The notes under the pieces were generated by a model that had not been told where the DNA came from, did not search any database, and was given only the letters and a program-made list of their open reading frames with translations. DNA of 64,000 nt from a phage, in NCBI GenBank assembly GCA_011939005.1, contig GCA_011939005.1_4858.1. One strand, given 5' to 3'. Positions within the stretch are counted from its first letter, which is position 1, and the number at the start of each line of letters is the position of its first letter. The position numbers and the translations under genes were made by a program. This document shows positions 26,801 to 36,494 of the stretch, piece by piece.

Positions 26801-27938
26801 CATCATCTCGACCACGCAGGGCAGTGTTACAAATAAGGTGCTTGAAAATCCGAGGGTAATTAAAAACCTGACGAGCCAATCTACCGAGTGTTTAGATTTT
26901 CTTTCGGTTCATACCGATAGTGAGCTTGCGCCGCTTGGAGATCGTTGGCTTGTACGTTATCGATACATTGTTGATACGCAGGTACTGCGCATCTCAATGG
27001 TTTCTAAGTTGATAGCCAATCCGCTGGTGCAGGTTTACGAAATGGAATACGACATTCCGTTTGATGCGATCGATTACTTTAAAGGTGGGGCGCTAGCCAT
27101 CCACGTTTCCGGTATTGAAACTGGAGACAACGTGACTATTAACCACGGTTTGATGCAGCCGATCATCTCAGATGTGGATATAAATCGTTTCCATTATTTA
27201 CGTTCACTGTTTGAGTCGTATATTGAAAGGACACCAGATAGACAGTCTTCCGGCCACGAGGAGATGACAGTAACAACGGTACCTTTTGCGTCATTTGGAG
27301 ATAACGTTGATCACCCGGTTACGGAATACATCACGATGTCTGCTGCAAGTGAGGGTTATCCGGAACTTGCACCGAACGGTAAACTCCCAGCGCCGTTTTA
27401 TAAAGGGCTGCAGAAACGTGGTGCTCCGCTACTTGAGTCGGCTCCTGCCGACTATACGTCTAACGGTGGTGAATGGAAGTACGGCTTTATGCGGACTTAT
27501 CGCCCGACTCAAACTGAGCGTTTTGTGTCGGTAAATGGGACAATGCTCTCTAACTACCCCGGATATATCGTCGTGGGTAGTGAGAAAATTCCGGGTAATG
27601 TTATACCTTTCAGTGCGTCGACAACAGCTGTTCGGATATCCAGGACTCTTGCCCGCACGAAACCGATGCAGCCAATTCACATCGTGTTCGTGCCTCCGGA
27701 AGGTTCTGTGCCGCCGCTGCAAGCGAAGTTCACTATTAATGGTGTGGGTAGTAGTGGTAATCCGATGTTCGTGATTACTGAAACGACACCGGTGGAACTT
27801 CGCACGGGTGGCGAGACGATTCTCATTGAGAAGCGTAATCCATTCCACATCCCCACCAGGACATGGGATTGGATTTTACAAACGTTGGATACTGAACGTA
27901 GAAACGAAGGCAACAACTCGGGTGAGTGGGCCTCTTAG
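23808..27938 (+). CDS. large virion structural protein (1376 aa; tail fibre/adhesin-like, putative)
   Basis: ATG with AAGGAGA RBS 13 nt after previous stop. Confidence 0.8.
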   Translation: MKTYPYDPRGVNPECHFIEERIIDSDNPNDRVVMLDHRPFFEGLVVRLAGSSIPLTRGTDYELEYALTPLDDSVTTPVFCGVHLINPKLRGAVVFEGQMLGGTFYSGLIEMLDELVKALNNPTAADWLLLGNRPSLYPATPAAVAWSDMLNKKYVASAVHDVELDAGAANEQIREKLTELKDAVLGLGTEIAAFNYPGHIASTNPHGTTAAQAGAHPVNLKTPDTFLAYGKTLRQLTSEVRALGLQQSDIDKYISKWVSKESKGVFNATISGTRALFRSPAGESEIVFSAEAFTLKSNGSVVLACGYADTTGTVRFMEWKAGINTLRIESTGSALGMDKLTLNGTTLLTTTALMGYQQDPGTGGGTVDPDDNKLYISGVNGITFTGKGSKADPVTGKVTAKPATTSEPGVVTLTDKPSDVVKGQAATPSALLPYEGDLSSYVRKTTLLNNQPMNTGSRTLTKKDLGLDLADNTADVDKPLSDALAEAVTGLSDKGHHHNFADLQIPTASQTVPGIARYSTNLNGLADNRGVTPNVLNDLSKRLDVVAAALANAKEDSVTDFAAVRGKTWTVGSTRTTLAVTDLNYFYLLNGARKEGTVSGSIDLQTTPMFQWFSPDNRMERTWQNAVINIGDGIDFSGFEVAVPETNYGAQIGLTATGMGDLSVVNLLAKTWVRCDTGKLRIWVRGGGAVSVYLDGVIIGAGITEAGYLEATVKEGWKQHCLAFRAECNNSAKAAAIRFTIYDGDYPVAVSDKNTKVARLQEFVKTANGLRHYLYVNMITNALYSRAEPIVDTEGINLERGYIGYIDVPETGLVAGTTYEFETTFDFGMASELKRHFETRLAHGVSNADWSLTDNPKMLPLNKVDPLPKQWLYAYPNSPVSGNHYIRLDRGLFDYKFDSTISSLVFVGAVVSTESASPYCWFTPSNPKEKGMATFEGSVVVDVDLSEAQTVRVRDITLNFMAPSADDKSKTRVLRWSGNRPELNCGFITSPYNQATGGIISTTQGSVTNKVLENPRVIKNLTSQSTECLDFLSVHTDSELAPLGDRWLVRYRYIVDTQVLRISMVSKLIANPLVQVYEMEYDIPFDAIDYFKGGALAIHVSGIETGDNVTINHGLMQPIISDVDINRFHYLRSLFESYIERTPDRQSSGHEEMTVTTVPFASFGDNVDHPVTEYITMSAASEGYPELAPNGKLPAPFYKGLQKRGAPLLESAPADYTSNGGEWKYGFMRTYRPTQTERFVSVNGTMLSNYPGYIVVGSEKIPGNVIPFSASTTAVRISRTLARTKPMQPIHIVFVPPEGSVPPLQAKFTINGVGSSGNPMFVITETTPVELRTGGETILIEKRNPFHIPTRTWDWILQTLDTERRNEGNNSGEWAS

Positions 27939-27973
27939 GACGGACTGCCTACGGGCGGGTAGTCCGTAGGTAA

Positions 27974-28011
27974 ACCGCCCTTCCGTTATTGGGAGGGCGG
28001 TCTCCGTTTTA
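27974..28011 (+). terminator. intra-operon hairpin / possible attenuator
   Basis: Stem accgccc/gggcggt followed by ctccgttttatt between two giant ORFs. Confidence 0.4.
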
Positions 28012-28033
28012 TTACAGATTAGGAGTGTTTGCA

Positions 28034-31000
28034 ATGCCGAGAGAAGATGCGGCGCAGTTTAACGGTACCCTCAGTACCGCTACTTACCCGAACCGTTATT
28101 CGACGGTCATTCCCGTCGAAGCACCGTTCTATCGCATCGGGTTAACGTTAACCGTTACCGATAAAACAACCGGAACCAAACGCAAGTTAATAGAAGGTCT
28201 TGATTATTTCTTAGGACATTACTTCCAGGAATTAGCCGAGGCTGAGAACGATGCAATATACGGCAGCATAATGCTGCTGAACGCCACAGAGGTAGAATAC
28301 GAGTTATTGTCGGTTGGTCGACAGTATCGCATCCCTGCTTCTGAAATCGGCAAGTATCTGGTTAAGACGGATATGAAAGACCCGCGCAACTGCGATTGGT
28401 CTGAGCTGATGAAATATCCGCCGATTATCTCGCCAATCGACCCGCCAAAAGATCTCGAAGAAGCCATCCTTCGCGATGAAATCGTAAAGGCGTTGGAAGA
28501 TATCCGTCTGGGTATTTTAGAACGTGCCCACGAACTGGATGAGGCTTTTGCGGAAGTTACTGATTTGATTTATCAGAACGGTAAAAAGGTGTTTGATGAC
28601 GAAATGTATCAACACCACCTGATTAAAAATGCACATGGTTACACCTGCGGTGACATTGGCGCTCTCCCGGTACTCGGCAAAGCCGTAGATGCGACTAAGG
28701 CATTCGGACGTACCCTGGCAGAGCTAGTGACGTTAATGTCTACCAGTGGCATCCAACAGAAACACGTTGACATGCTTCTGGATAATACCCTGGGTGATTT
28801 ACTGGGCCGTATGCGTGTTCTGAATAACGACGCGATTACGTTCCAAACAACGTCTGGTCACGTTATCAGCATGAAGGGTGAGAAGTTCATCATCACCTCG
28901 ACAAAACCGCTGGTATTAAAAGCTGACCAGGATAACAACGAACCGGGTATCGCTACGGAGTTCAGTGCTGGTCTGAACACGCTTTGGGTTCACTCGGGTA
29001 AAGCAGGTGACAAGTGGGGCGCTTATGATGCAGGTGTGCTTGCACCTGTGTATAACAGCGTGTATCTCGTTACGCCGGATATGGTTAAGATGTACTTGAC
29101 CTCGGTGAAGATACTTCCAGCAAACGCCTACTTCAAGTCCAGCGACACGTTGAAGATTTACGGCTCTGGTAAAGAAACAAACAAACTTTACATGAATGCG
29201 GAGCTGCCTGCAGCAACCACAACTGTGCAGGGTTTGTTTGCGATTACTAACCTTTCGGCGTCCGCTGCAGCATCCACAGCGATTTCCCAAAAAGCTGTTA
29301 CTGACTTGAAGAACAAACTCGACGGATATGTGGACGACACGTATACAGTCAACGGTAAAGGGTTTGTATTAGATTCAAACGGGCAGATGCATCTGACCTT
29401 AACCGCGGCAGATTTCGGTATTGAGAAGATGAACAATACCGGGCCGCTGGAGAAACCGGTTACTAATGCGTTGCGCACCGTGCTATCTGGCAAAGCGCTT
29501 ACAACGCACACCCACACCATTGCCGATCTCGATAACGTGCCGTACGCATCCACGTCTGTTACAGGTTTGGCTAAACTGTGGGATGCTATTGACACCACAA
29601 CAGATAAGATGGTTACTTCGCGTCAAGGCTTCTTGCTTGAACAGAAGATTGACACGCTGAATGACAAGATTGCTACGTTATTACCGGCGTGGACTGTCGG
29701 CGGATCATCGTACGGCAACAATAACTTCTTGCCTATACCTGTCCAGGGGAACTACGAAGGGTATACCAAAAACCAAACCTGGCAGAAAGGTTTGGCGCGT
29801 TACGAGTCTGGTAAGGTTTACTCGCTCCGTAACGGTTCTAACGGGAACCCACCAGGTGACTGGGCTATCTATTACGCCTATGCTGATGTGTCGCCAAGCA
29901 ATACGCTGGAAAATATGCAGCAGACGTCCGTACGCTATCGACCCGCTGGAATGTCGGCGTATCCTGGGGTGAATCTGGTTGCTATTGTGATTACCGGTAC
30001 CGATGCAATGATCTGCTTAGGCAGTGACGGTGCGTACTACCTGGTCATCTTCGATGGGACGATTGACCATGCAAAACATCATCGTGTTGTTAAAGTGGTG
30101 TTGGGTGATTACAAGAACGGTAATGGTGCGGGCACAGTAACGACAGCACCGTGGGCTCCAAACGCTTCTACAGACGATTTGATTGTTTGTAATGAACGTG
30201 TCTACCTGTTGCGTACGGTGCTTACCTCCGGTAACTATTTCGTGAGTATGCGTAGCATCGCACTCAACGAACTTAATCTGGGTGGCAGCAACACGTTTGT
30301 GGCGGATGCGTTAACAGGCGGGATATTAACGTCGGGTGAAAACGTTTATCTGCGACAGGGACAGAAACGTGCACCTTCCGATGCGCTCCCAGCACCAGTT
30401 ACACAGATCTACGCAGACGCGTTAGCGAAGTGGAACAATGCAACCAACTTTGTACATGGTCCTGAGTGTAATCACGCGATTGGTGTTGATGGGCTGAGCT
30501 TTCGTGTTGGTTTAACTCCAACGGTTTGGTTTGCTTCTACTACAGGGCAAACTATTAACTTTAAACAATGGGTGTCAAGCTTTGTTGTCGACTGTAGCGC
30601 ATTAACGGTAACGCTGGAAGGGGCTGATCGATTCCCTATTGTGGCTGATCTTACCACGGTTCGTTATAACGGTGGTACTGAGATTGGGATTCCAAGCCGG
30701 AAGTGGGGCGAAGGTCAAGCTAATAACCGAACCTTTGCAACATCGCAAGACAAGTATATCGTTTCGCAGGGACATGCAGGCGATCGCGACCTAATGCCAA
30801 TTGTCACGATTACCACGTTAGACGACGGTGTGAGTTGGTACGAGTACCTGTCGTGCGACTACAACTTCACTGCCAGAAGTTTTAGTGCGGTAATGTTAAA
30901 CCAAGGTCGTGGTTCTATCTACGAGCTAGGTATGGCGTATCCACTGACTCTGGGAGCGAATTCCAGACTTATCTGGTTGTCACAGCCACGTTCCCGTTTG

Positions 31001-33217
31001 GCAATTGAAGTTGAGTTTGATCCGAACACCACTTACTCAGGTAAGGTGGGGTATGGCCCAACTAACAATCGTCGTGTAGTAGATTCTATCACGTATGAGA
31101 ATCTGTCGCAGATGTGCCACATTGTTACACCGGCGTCGCCTGGTACAGAGTTAAACGGCTGGTATTGCACAGGGCCAGAAACATTCCCTTACCACAACGT
31201 TTCTGGCACTTTCACGATTCATGCCGATCGGTTGACGCTGTCACAGGCCGAATGGGATAAGATGAAGCAGATGATCATCGACGGTGCACCGGCAGGCGCT
31301 GCGAATGGTTATGCTTCGGAATTTATCCTTGCCGCAAATAACGCAGGAAAGGCATTGTTCTCCGTTTGGTTCATCGGCATTGGTACGGCCACACCGCTCA
31401 CGTTAGCACAAGTAGCATGTACGCGTACTGTGAACAACGTTAACGTGTTGGATATCTACTACTTTACACTGAAACCAACAATCAGCAACGGGCAGGTAAC
31501 ATTCCCCGCAGCGATATTGGCTTTGTTTGACTTCTATAACAACCTCGACTATAGCTTGAACTATGCTACGTTGGGTGAGATAACGGGAGGAAAAACACGC
31601 CGGCCGGGACAACCTACCTTGGTGTCAGTAGATGGTACTCAGTTCGGGTTGTATCTTCCACACACGTTAACCTTGCGCCAAATTGGCGACTTGGGTGCGC
31701 TTAACTACGCTGTTGGTCTTACGCTGTCTAATGGTACTTGGACGCGTTCTTCTGCTCCACACGGCGTTGGACGTATGGCACCGTCACACACTCCAGTCAG
31801 TCCAGCTTATCTGGCACATCGCGATCAAGTGATGTTACACAACTCATCTCTCGACTACGTCTATTGTGGTGGTATCGCAACGCCGTCGAGAGATTTTGTC
31901 GCGGCTCCTAATTTTAGTGGCCCGACTGAATCGGTTGTCATTGCTGGTGTGGAAACAGCTGAAGGTTGGCTGGTATATGTGACTGAGGAAGTTGACCTGC
32001 GTTTCGGCTCGAGCACTTATAAGCTGCCTACGTGGTATATTGACCTCAGCGCAGCATTTCCAACAAACCATCAGAACCGGACATTCTACCTGCACGCCAA
32101 GGTAGAAAATGGTACACCGAAGTACGTAATGGACGTGGTTCAACATCCAGACACTGAAACGGAACTCTACATCGGGTATGTTAAAACGGGCTCGTCGCGA
32201 GTCGTCGAGACTAACGTCGAACATGCTAAGCGATTGGGGGCGGTGAAACAACTGTTGGAACATGCGGCGGTTGAGAATAAGCATGATGTGGAGGTGGGAA
32301 GGGATGCGGCAACGGGCAGACTGGCACCATTGCGTAAAGAAGCGATGGGTCCTTTGTCTATCGATGCTACGAAAGGCTATCTGGATAGTCAGTTGCTTTA
32401 TACCGTATCTGACGCACAGCGTCGCGGTAAACCGATGGTCTCCAAACGTTTCGAAGGCTTGAAAACTTTGCCGGCGTTTACTCAGGCAAACAAGTCGGGG
32501 GCGTTTTGGAAACATCCTACAACAATTGCGACGGTAACGGCCGATGAGAACGGTGAAGCGGCATCGTTGGGAATGGAGTGGGTGGGTATCCCTACGCCTG
32601 CTTTCTCTCCGACCTCAGGAATGATGATAGTGGTGATACAAAGTAAATTCGTCGTCCCAGGTACACCGGGAGTAGAAACGACCTTTAATGTCAACATCGC
32701 CCCATGGGATACGGTAGATAGATTTTTCTACAACGTCGAGGCGGAAGGTAAGGATGTTAACATTGAAGAAAATCCAGAAGTGCTAATGCCGACACCACAT
32801 ACCGTGTATCACAAACAGCATTCTCTGCCCGCAGGCGTGCCATGTACGTTTACTTTCGCTGCTGTGTTGAGTTCCCCAGCGCTTGAGATGGCCAACCAGC
32901 ATATTTGCTCTTGGCTTTTCACGGACGCGGGGGGACTACCAATCACCACCGATCTTTCGGATAGTAAGATTCAAATCTTACCATTGGGGGGAGAGACCTA
33001 CGGCACACCAGTTGTTTTGAACAGCCGTAGCTACACGTTTGTGGATGTGGCGGGTGCAATTCCGGTTGTTACCACGGGCGCTCAGGGTTTATTCCCACCA
33101 CCGATCGTGGCGTGGGATGGCGATGATCTTACGTTAACGATTGCGCACGATTGGGTGAACGAGAGAGGATGGCAACAGCCTGATATTATCCAGGTCAATC
33201 TTATGTTCCGTACCTAA
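28034..33217 (+). CDS. giant virion structural protein (about 1728 aa; tail fibre/adhesin-like, putative)
   Basis: ATG at 28034 with AGGAGTG RBS preferred over track start 27989, which lies in the hairpin. Confidence 0.8.
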   Translation: MPREDAAQFNGTLSTATYPNRYSTVIPVEAPFYRIGLTLTVTDKTTGTKRKLIEGLDYFLGHYFQELAEAENDAIYGSIMLLNATEVEYELLSVGRQYRIPASEIGKYLVKTDMKDPRNCDWSELMKYPPIISPIDPPKDLEEAILRDEIVKALEDIRLGILERAHELDEAFAEVTDLIYQNGKKVFDDEMYQHHLIKNAHGYTCGDIGALPVLGKAVDATKAFGRTLAELVTLMSTSGIQQKHVDMLLDNTLGDLLGRMRVLNNDAITFQTTSGHVISMKGEKFIITSTKPLVLKADQDNNEPGIATEFSAGLNTLWVHSGKAGDKWGAYDAGVLAPVYNSVYLVTPDMVKMYLTSVKILPANAYFKSSDTLKIYGSGKETNKLYMNAELPAATTTVQGLFAITNLSASAAASTAISQKAVTDLKNKLDGYVDDTYTVNGKGFVLDSNGQMHLTLTAADFGIEKMNNTGPLEKPVTNALRTVLSGKALTTHTHTIADLDNVPYASTSVTGLAKLWDAIDTTTDKMVTSRQGFLLEQKIDTLNDKIATLLPAWTVGGSSYGNNNFLPIPVQGNYEGYTKNQTWQKGLARYESGKVYSLRNGSNGNPPGDWAIYYAYADVSPSNTLENMQQTSVRYRPAGMSAYPGVNLVAIVITGTDAMICLGSDGAYYLVIFDGTIDHAKHHRVVKVVLGDYKNGNGAGTVTTAPWAPNASTDDLIVCNERVYLLRTVLTSGNYFVSMRSIALNELNLGGSNTFVADALTGGILTSGENVYLRQGQKRAPSDALPAPVTQIYADALAKWNNATNFVHGPECNHAIGVDGLSFRVGLTPTVWFASTTGQTINFKQWVSSFVVDCSALTVTLEGADRFPIVADLTTVRYNGGTEIGIPSRKWGEGQANNRTFATSQDKYIVSQGHAGDRDLMPIVTITTLDDGVSWYEYLSCDYNFTARSFSAVMLNQGRGSIYELGMAYPLTLGANSRLIWLSQPRSRLAIEVEFDPNTTYSGKVGYGPTNNRRVVDSITYENLSQMCHIVTPASPGTELNGWYCTGPETFPYHNVSGTFTIHADRLTLSQAEWDKMKQMIIDGAPAGAANGYASEFILAANNAGKALFSVWFIGIGTATPLTLAQVACTRTVNNVNVLDIYYFTLKPTISNGQVTFPAAILALFDFYNNLDYSLNYATLGEITGGKTRRPGQPTLVSVDGTQFGLYLPHTLTLRQIGDLGALNYAVGLTLSNGTWTRSSAPHGVGRMAPSHTPVSPAYLAHRDQVMLHNSSLDYVYCGGIATPSRDFVAAPNFSGPTESVVIAGVETAEGWLVYVTEEVDLRFGSSTYKLPTWYIDLSAAFPTNHQNRTFYLHAKVENGTPKYVMDVVQHPDTETELYIGYVKTGSSRVVETNVEHAKRLGAVKQLLEHAAVENKHDVEVGRDAATGRLAPLRKEAMGPLSIDATKGYLDSQLLYTVSDAQRRGKPMVSKRFEGLKTLPAFTQANKSGAFWKHPTTIATVTADENGEAASLGMEWVGIPTPAFSPTSGMMIVVIQSKFVVPGTPGVETTFNVNIAPWDTVDRFFYNVEAEGKDVNIEENPEVLMPTPHTVYHKQHSLPAGVPCTFTFAAVLSSPALEMANQHICSWLFTDAGGLPITTDLSDSKIQILPLGGETYGTPVVLNSRSYTFVDVAGAIPVVTTGAQGLFPPPIVAWDGDDLTLTIAHDWVNERGWQQPDIIQVNLMFRT

Positions 33218-33264
33218 CAGATAGCGCTATGGGGCAAGGAAGCCCCAATCAAAGGAGTTTGGCA

Positions 33265-34467
33265 ATGGCCGAAATCATTTATCAGTACCCGCTCGACCTT
33301 ACCGGGACATTAACGTCGAACGCCGTTACGCGGCGTATTACGTTAGGTTCTGGTAAAGTTAACCGGGCTTTTGCATTTCCTGACGGAGCTTTCTACGCGG
33401 ATACCTTCCGCTTGGCGGCTGCGAATAAACCAGGTGTCTACCCGTACAAACGCGGCACAGACTACGAACTGATTTTTGCACATACTGCATATCAGAAAAT
33501 GACCAAGAACCGCGAAGTGGTCATGGGTGTGGTGGTAACTAACTCGGCCATTCCTACTGATATCGAAGTCTCTGCGCAAGTCGTTGGTGGTTTTCAGTCC
33601 GCGAACGTCGAAGGCATCCGACAAGCGATTGCGTCGTTGAAAATTGAAGACCGCGTGGTGGACTTCAAGGATCTTCGAAACGTACCCGATACGTTCCCGT
33701 CCGCACCGACGTATAAAGACCTTGGCGATATCTACGGTTTTGAGTATATCATTACCGTACTCGCGGGGATTAAAGATGCGATTAACTCCGGCTCTGCAGT
33801 ACAGCTGGAAGAAATTAAAGGTATTCTGGGTGGTCTGAAAAACGACTTCCTCGACGCCTTAAATGCCCACATCAACGCCGAAGGTAACGTACACAATCTC
33901 GACATTCATCAGGTTAATGGCCTGACGGAGACGGAGATTCGTGCCCTGATTCAAAGTGTACAGACTGCCATTGACGCCACCATCAAAGATATCGGCGACT
34001 TAAGAGCAGCAGACACAGCGTTGGGGCAACGCATCGATGCAATTGTGGCTTCGTTAGCCGCGTGGAACGACCAGCTTAACGTGGTTGCTCAAAATTACCA
34101 GAAAATGTCGTTAGCATTAGCTAACCTTAATTCTCTGGTGTTGCAATTACAGAAGATGGTTAACGATCTTCAGTCTGCACTGAATAAAACAAATCAGCGC
34201 GTCACGGATCTTGAGAATCAGGGCAAAGACTTCCAACAGCAAATTGATAACCTGCAAGGACAAATCAACAGTCTTAAAACTCAGGTTGTAAATAACACCA
34301 ACGCAATTTCGCAGGCAAACCAGAATCTGGCGAACCATGCGGCTGCGGATAACCCACACCCGAATTACCTCCATAAACAGTATGGCGGTGTTGTGCAGGC
34401 TGCTGTTCACGTCAACAACAACCTCACCTCGCGCGACGATGTTCAAGCTGAAGCGGGTACTAAGTAA
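33265..34467 (+). CDS. coiled-coil fibre-like protein (401 aa)
   Basis: ATG at 33265 with AAAGGAG RBS; C-terminal half is a long heptad-like Q/N/L-rich coiled coil. Confidence 0.75.
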   Translation: MAEIIYQYPLDLTGTLTSNAVTRRITLGSGKVNRAFAFPDGAFYADTFRLAAANKPGVYPYKRGTDYELIFAHTAYQKMTKNREVVMGVVVTNSAIPTDIEVSAQVVGGFQSANVEGIRQAIASLKIEDRVVDFKDLRNVPDTFPSAPTYKDLGDIYGFEYIITVLAGIKDAINSGSAVQLEEIKGILGGLKNDFLDALNAHINAEGNVHNLDIHQVNGLTETEIRALIQSVQTAIDATIKDIGDLRAADTALGQRIDAIVASLAAWNDQLNVVAQNYQKMSLALANLNSLVLQLQKMVNDLQSALNKTNQRVTDLENQGKDFQQQIDNLQGQINSLKTQVVNNTNAISQANQNLANHAAADNPHPNYLHKQYGGVVQAAVHVNNNLTSRDDVQAEAGTK

Positions 34468-34477
34468 CTTGTTTACG

Positions 34478-34521
34478 AGCCGGACTATGTTTATGGACAT
34501 AGTCCGCTCGTTCTACTTTTT
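34478..34521 (+). terminator. imperfect hairpin plus short T-run (weak terminator or processing site)
   Basis: gagccggactatg / catagtccgctc stem with one bulge, then cttttt, immediately before the RBS of the first Cys-rich ORF. Confidence 0.35.
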
Positions 34522-34532
34522 AAGGAAGCGTA

Positions 34533-34925
34533 ATGGCGATATCTATTAAAGACGTCAGAAACCGCGTCCAGATAGTCGAAGCTAACATGGCGACAGGCCC
34601 CCGCGTCGACGCGCAAGTGGCCTCTAAAGCCCATAATGCGGCAGACCGATTTGGGGGTTGGACGAAAACACAGCTAGATTGCGGAGGGACATGTTCTTGG
34701 ACGTGCTCTAACGGTTGCTCGCATGGCTGTTCGAGCTGTTCAGGAAGCTGTTCTGCTTCTTGTATCGGTAGCTGTTCTTCGACGTGTGGCGGTAACTGTT
34801 CTGGTTGCTCTGGTTGTTCTGGTGGTTGCAGTAGTAGCTGTACCGGTAACTGCACAGGTGGTTGCGGTGGCTCTTGTTCTTCCAATTGTTCCGGAGCCTG
34901 CTCCGGTGGCTGTTCAGGTCGCTAA
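34533..34925 (+). CDS. Cys/Ser/Gly-rich small protein 1 (130 aa): leader-like N-terminus plus about 16 CxxxC tetrad repeats; candidate radical-SAM substrate
   Basis: ATG with AAGGAAG RBS; core DCGGTCSWTCSNGCSHGCSSCSGSCSASC...; paralogous to the next two ORFs. Confidence 0.65.
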   Translation: MAISIKDVRNRVQIVEANMATGPRVDAQVASKAHNAADRFGGWTKTQLDCGGTCSWTCSNGCSHGCSSCSGSCSASCIGSCSSTCGGNCSGCSGCSGGCSSSCTGNCTGGCGGSCSSNCSGACSGGCSGR

Positions 34926-34935
34926 GGGGGATTAA

Positions 34936-35340
34936 ATGGCAATTGGATTAAAAGAACTGAATAACCGATTAAACACGATCGATGCAAACGCTCTAAAGAA
35001 TACCACGAATGTGCAAAACTACATTCGCAATAAAGCTACGAATAACGCTGACTTGTTCGCAGGTCAAGGTCGTTCGCACTACGACTGTGGTGGTACGTGT
35101 TCTTTTAGCTGCTCAAGTTGCTCTGGCGGGTGTACTGGGTCTGCGACAGGTGGTTGTGGGTCGACTTGTTCGGCAAACTGTGTATCAGGCTGTAGCAGCA
35201 GCTGCACGGGCTGTAGCTCTTCGTGCTCTGGTGGTTGTAGCGGCACGTGCACAGGCAGCTGTTCTGGGGGTTGTGGTAAATCCTGCTCCGCAAACTGCTC
35301 AGGTGCGTGCTCTGGTGGTTGTTCAGGTCCTAACTCCTAA
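34936..35340 (+). CDS. Cys/Ser/Gly-rich small protein 2 (134 aa), paralog of 34533..34925
   Basis: ATG with AAGGGGGA RBS; same leader-like N-terminus and core start DCGGTCSFSCSSCSGGC. Confidence 0.65.
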   Translation: MAIGLKELNNRLNTIDANALKNTTNVQNYIRNKATNNADLFAGQGRSHYDCGGTCSFSCSSCSGGCTGSATGGCGSTCSANCVSGCSSSCTGCSSSCSGGCSGTCTGSCSGGCGKSCSANCSGACSGGCSGPNS

Positions 35341-35355
35341 CTGACGGAGGCTTAT

Positions 35356-35562
35356 GTGATCAGTCTCAAGACTATTCGAAACCGTCTCGTTACGGCAGAA
35401 GGTTACATTACAACCGCACAGGCAAACAACTATATCGCTAACCAGGGCACCGTGTCGACCACAAATAACCTGGCTGGCTTACCGCTTTCTCACTATAACT
35501 GTAATGGTGGGTGTAGCTGGTCCTGCAGCGGAAGCTGTAGCCGTGGAGCGGGGAATCGATAA
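35356..35562 (+). CDS. Cys/Ser/Gly-rich small protein 3 (68 aa, short core), paralog
   Basis: GTG start with GGAGG RBS; conserved leader and core start NCNGGCSWSCSGSCS. Confidence 0.5.
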   Translation: MISLKTIRNRLVTAEGYITTAQANNYIANQGTVSTTNNLAGLPLSHYNCNGGCSWSCSGSCSRGAGNR

Positions 35563-35584
35563 CAGAAAACGTTCGGAGTATTAA

Positions 35585-36472
35585 ATGAAAAACGATTTGC
35601 ATCTTGCGTATAAAACCACATTCAACCACCCGCTGCATCTATCTTCCCCAGATTCAGTGCGTGCACATCTCGCTGACAAAGTCAGACTGATTGCACAGAT
35701 TCCTGGTGAGTGGCCAAAGGTTCGTGGTCGCTTCTTGACCGACAAGAAGAACTACACCGTAGAAAATACGTTTAAGATCCGTGATATGGTTGCAGAGGCC
35801 ATCGTTATCTTTAACGGCGATGGTAACTCTCGCGGCGTGTTGGTTGACGGTAAGTATTTCTTCAGTGAAGGGATTCTGAACAACAGTGTCGATTTAGAAC
35901 TGATGTTTACACCGTTTGACGAACTTGAAGCAAAACCGATGGCGCGCCGTTGGTGGAGTCCGGACTATCTGGGCTCGTTCCCTTACTACTTTGTACTGGT
36001 ACCTGCCGATACGGAAACGTATTTCGACACCGAACCATACATCGATATCGAGGGGTATAAAGAACTCGGCATCACCCGTTTAGCGGACATGATGGCGTAT
36101 AGCTATAAGTTCGTGTGGGATAAAAAGCGTTCTGTCTGGTATGCGCTGACTGACGATTTTGAAATCACCAAGCGTATTCGTAAGCCGTGGATGCAACACC
36201 TGGTTCAAACTCGATATGGGGATTACCCGGCGACAGAAGCGGATTTGAGTAAGCTGGTAAGTTTCCTCTTAACGAAGGTGGATTTAACGAAAGAAGAAGC
36301 AGAAGCTGTTTCTGAGATTCGTGGTCGTTCGGTAACGTTGGCCGATTTGAAACGTCTGAACGAAAGACACGCCGACCTGAACAAAATTTTAGCTGCCTAT
36401 CACGACCCGATGTTACTGGTGCCTGGCGCTAACGTAGACGAAGATCCTTTATTCGCCATTGATTATATTTAA
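35585..36472 (+). CDS. hypothetical protein (295 aa) in radical-SAM cluster
   Basis: ATG with GGAG RBS; no recognisable motif. Confidence 0.65.
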   Translation: MKNDLHLAYKTTFNHPLHLSSPDSVRAHLADKVRLIAQIPGEWPKVRGRFLTDKKNYTVENTFKIRDMVAEAIVIFNGDGNSRGVLVDGKYFFSEGILNNSVDLELMFTPFDELEAKPMARRWWSPDYLGSFPYYFVLVPADTETYFDTEPYIDIEGYKELGITRLADMMAYSYKFVWDKKRSVWYALTDDFEITKRIRKPWMQHLVQTRYGDYPATEADLSKLVSFLLTKVDLTKEEAEAVSEIRGRSVTLADLKRLNERHADLNKILAAYHDPMLLVPGANVDEDPLFAIDYI

Positions 36473-36494
36473 AAATATACTGGAGCAACCTGCA

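Noticed and set aside
27989-28033. Extended N-terminus of the giant ORF (track start 27989)
   Set aside because: Upstream codons overlap the hairpin at 27974..28011 and lack an RBS; ATG at 28034 has AGGAGTG at proper spacing.
20241-33838. Numerous 60-220 aa ORFs on both strands within the giant structural genes
   Set aside because: All embedded in the three large plus-strand CDSs with no RBS; treated as frame noise in high-complexity coding sequence.
34520-35344. Alternative-frame and antisense ORFs over the Cys-rich genes (34520..34885 minus, 34723..34935 plus, 35009..35344 plus, 35105..35293 minus)
   Set aside because: Artefacts of the periodic Cys/Ser/Gly codon repeat, which stays open in several frames; only the frames with an RBS and the conserved leader were kept.
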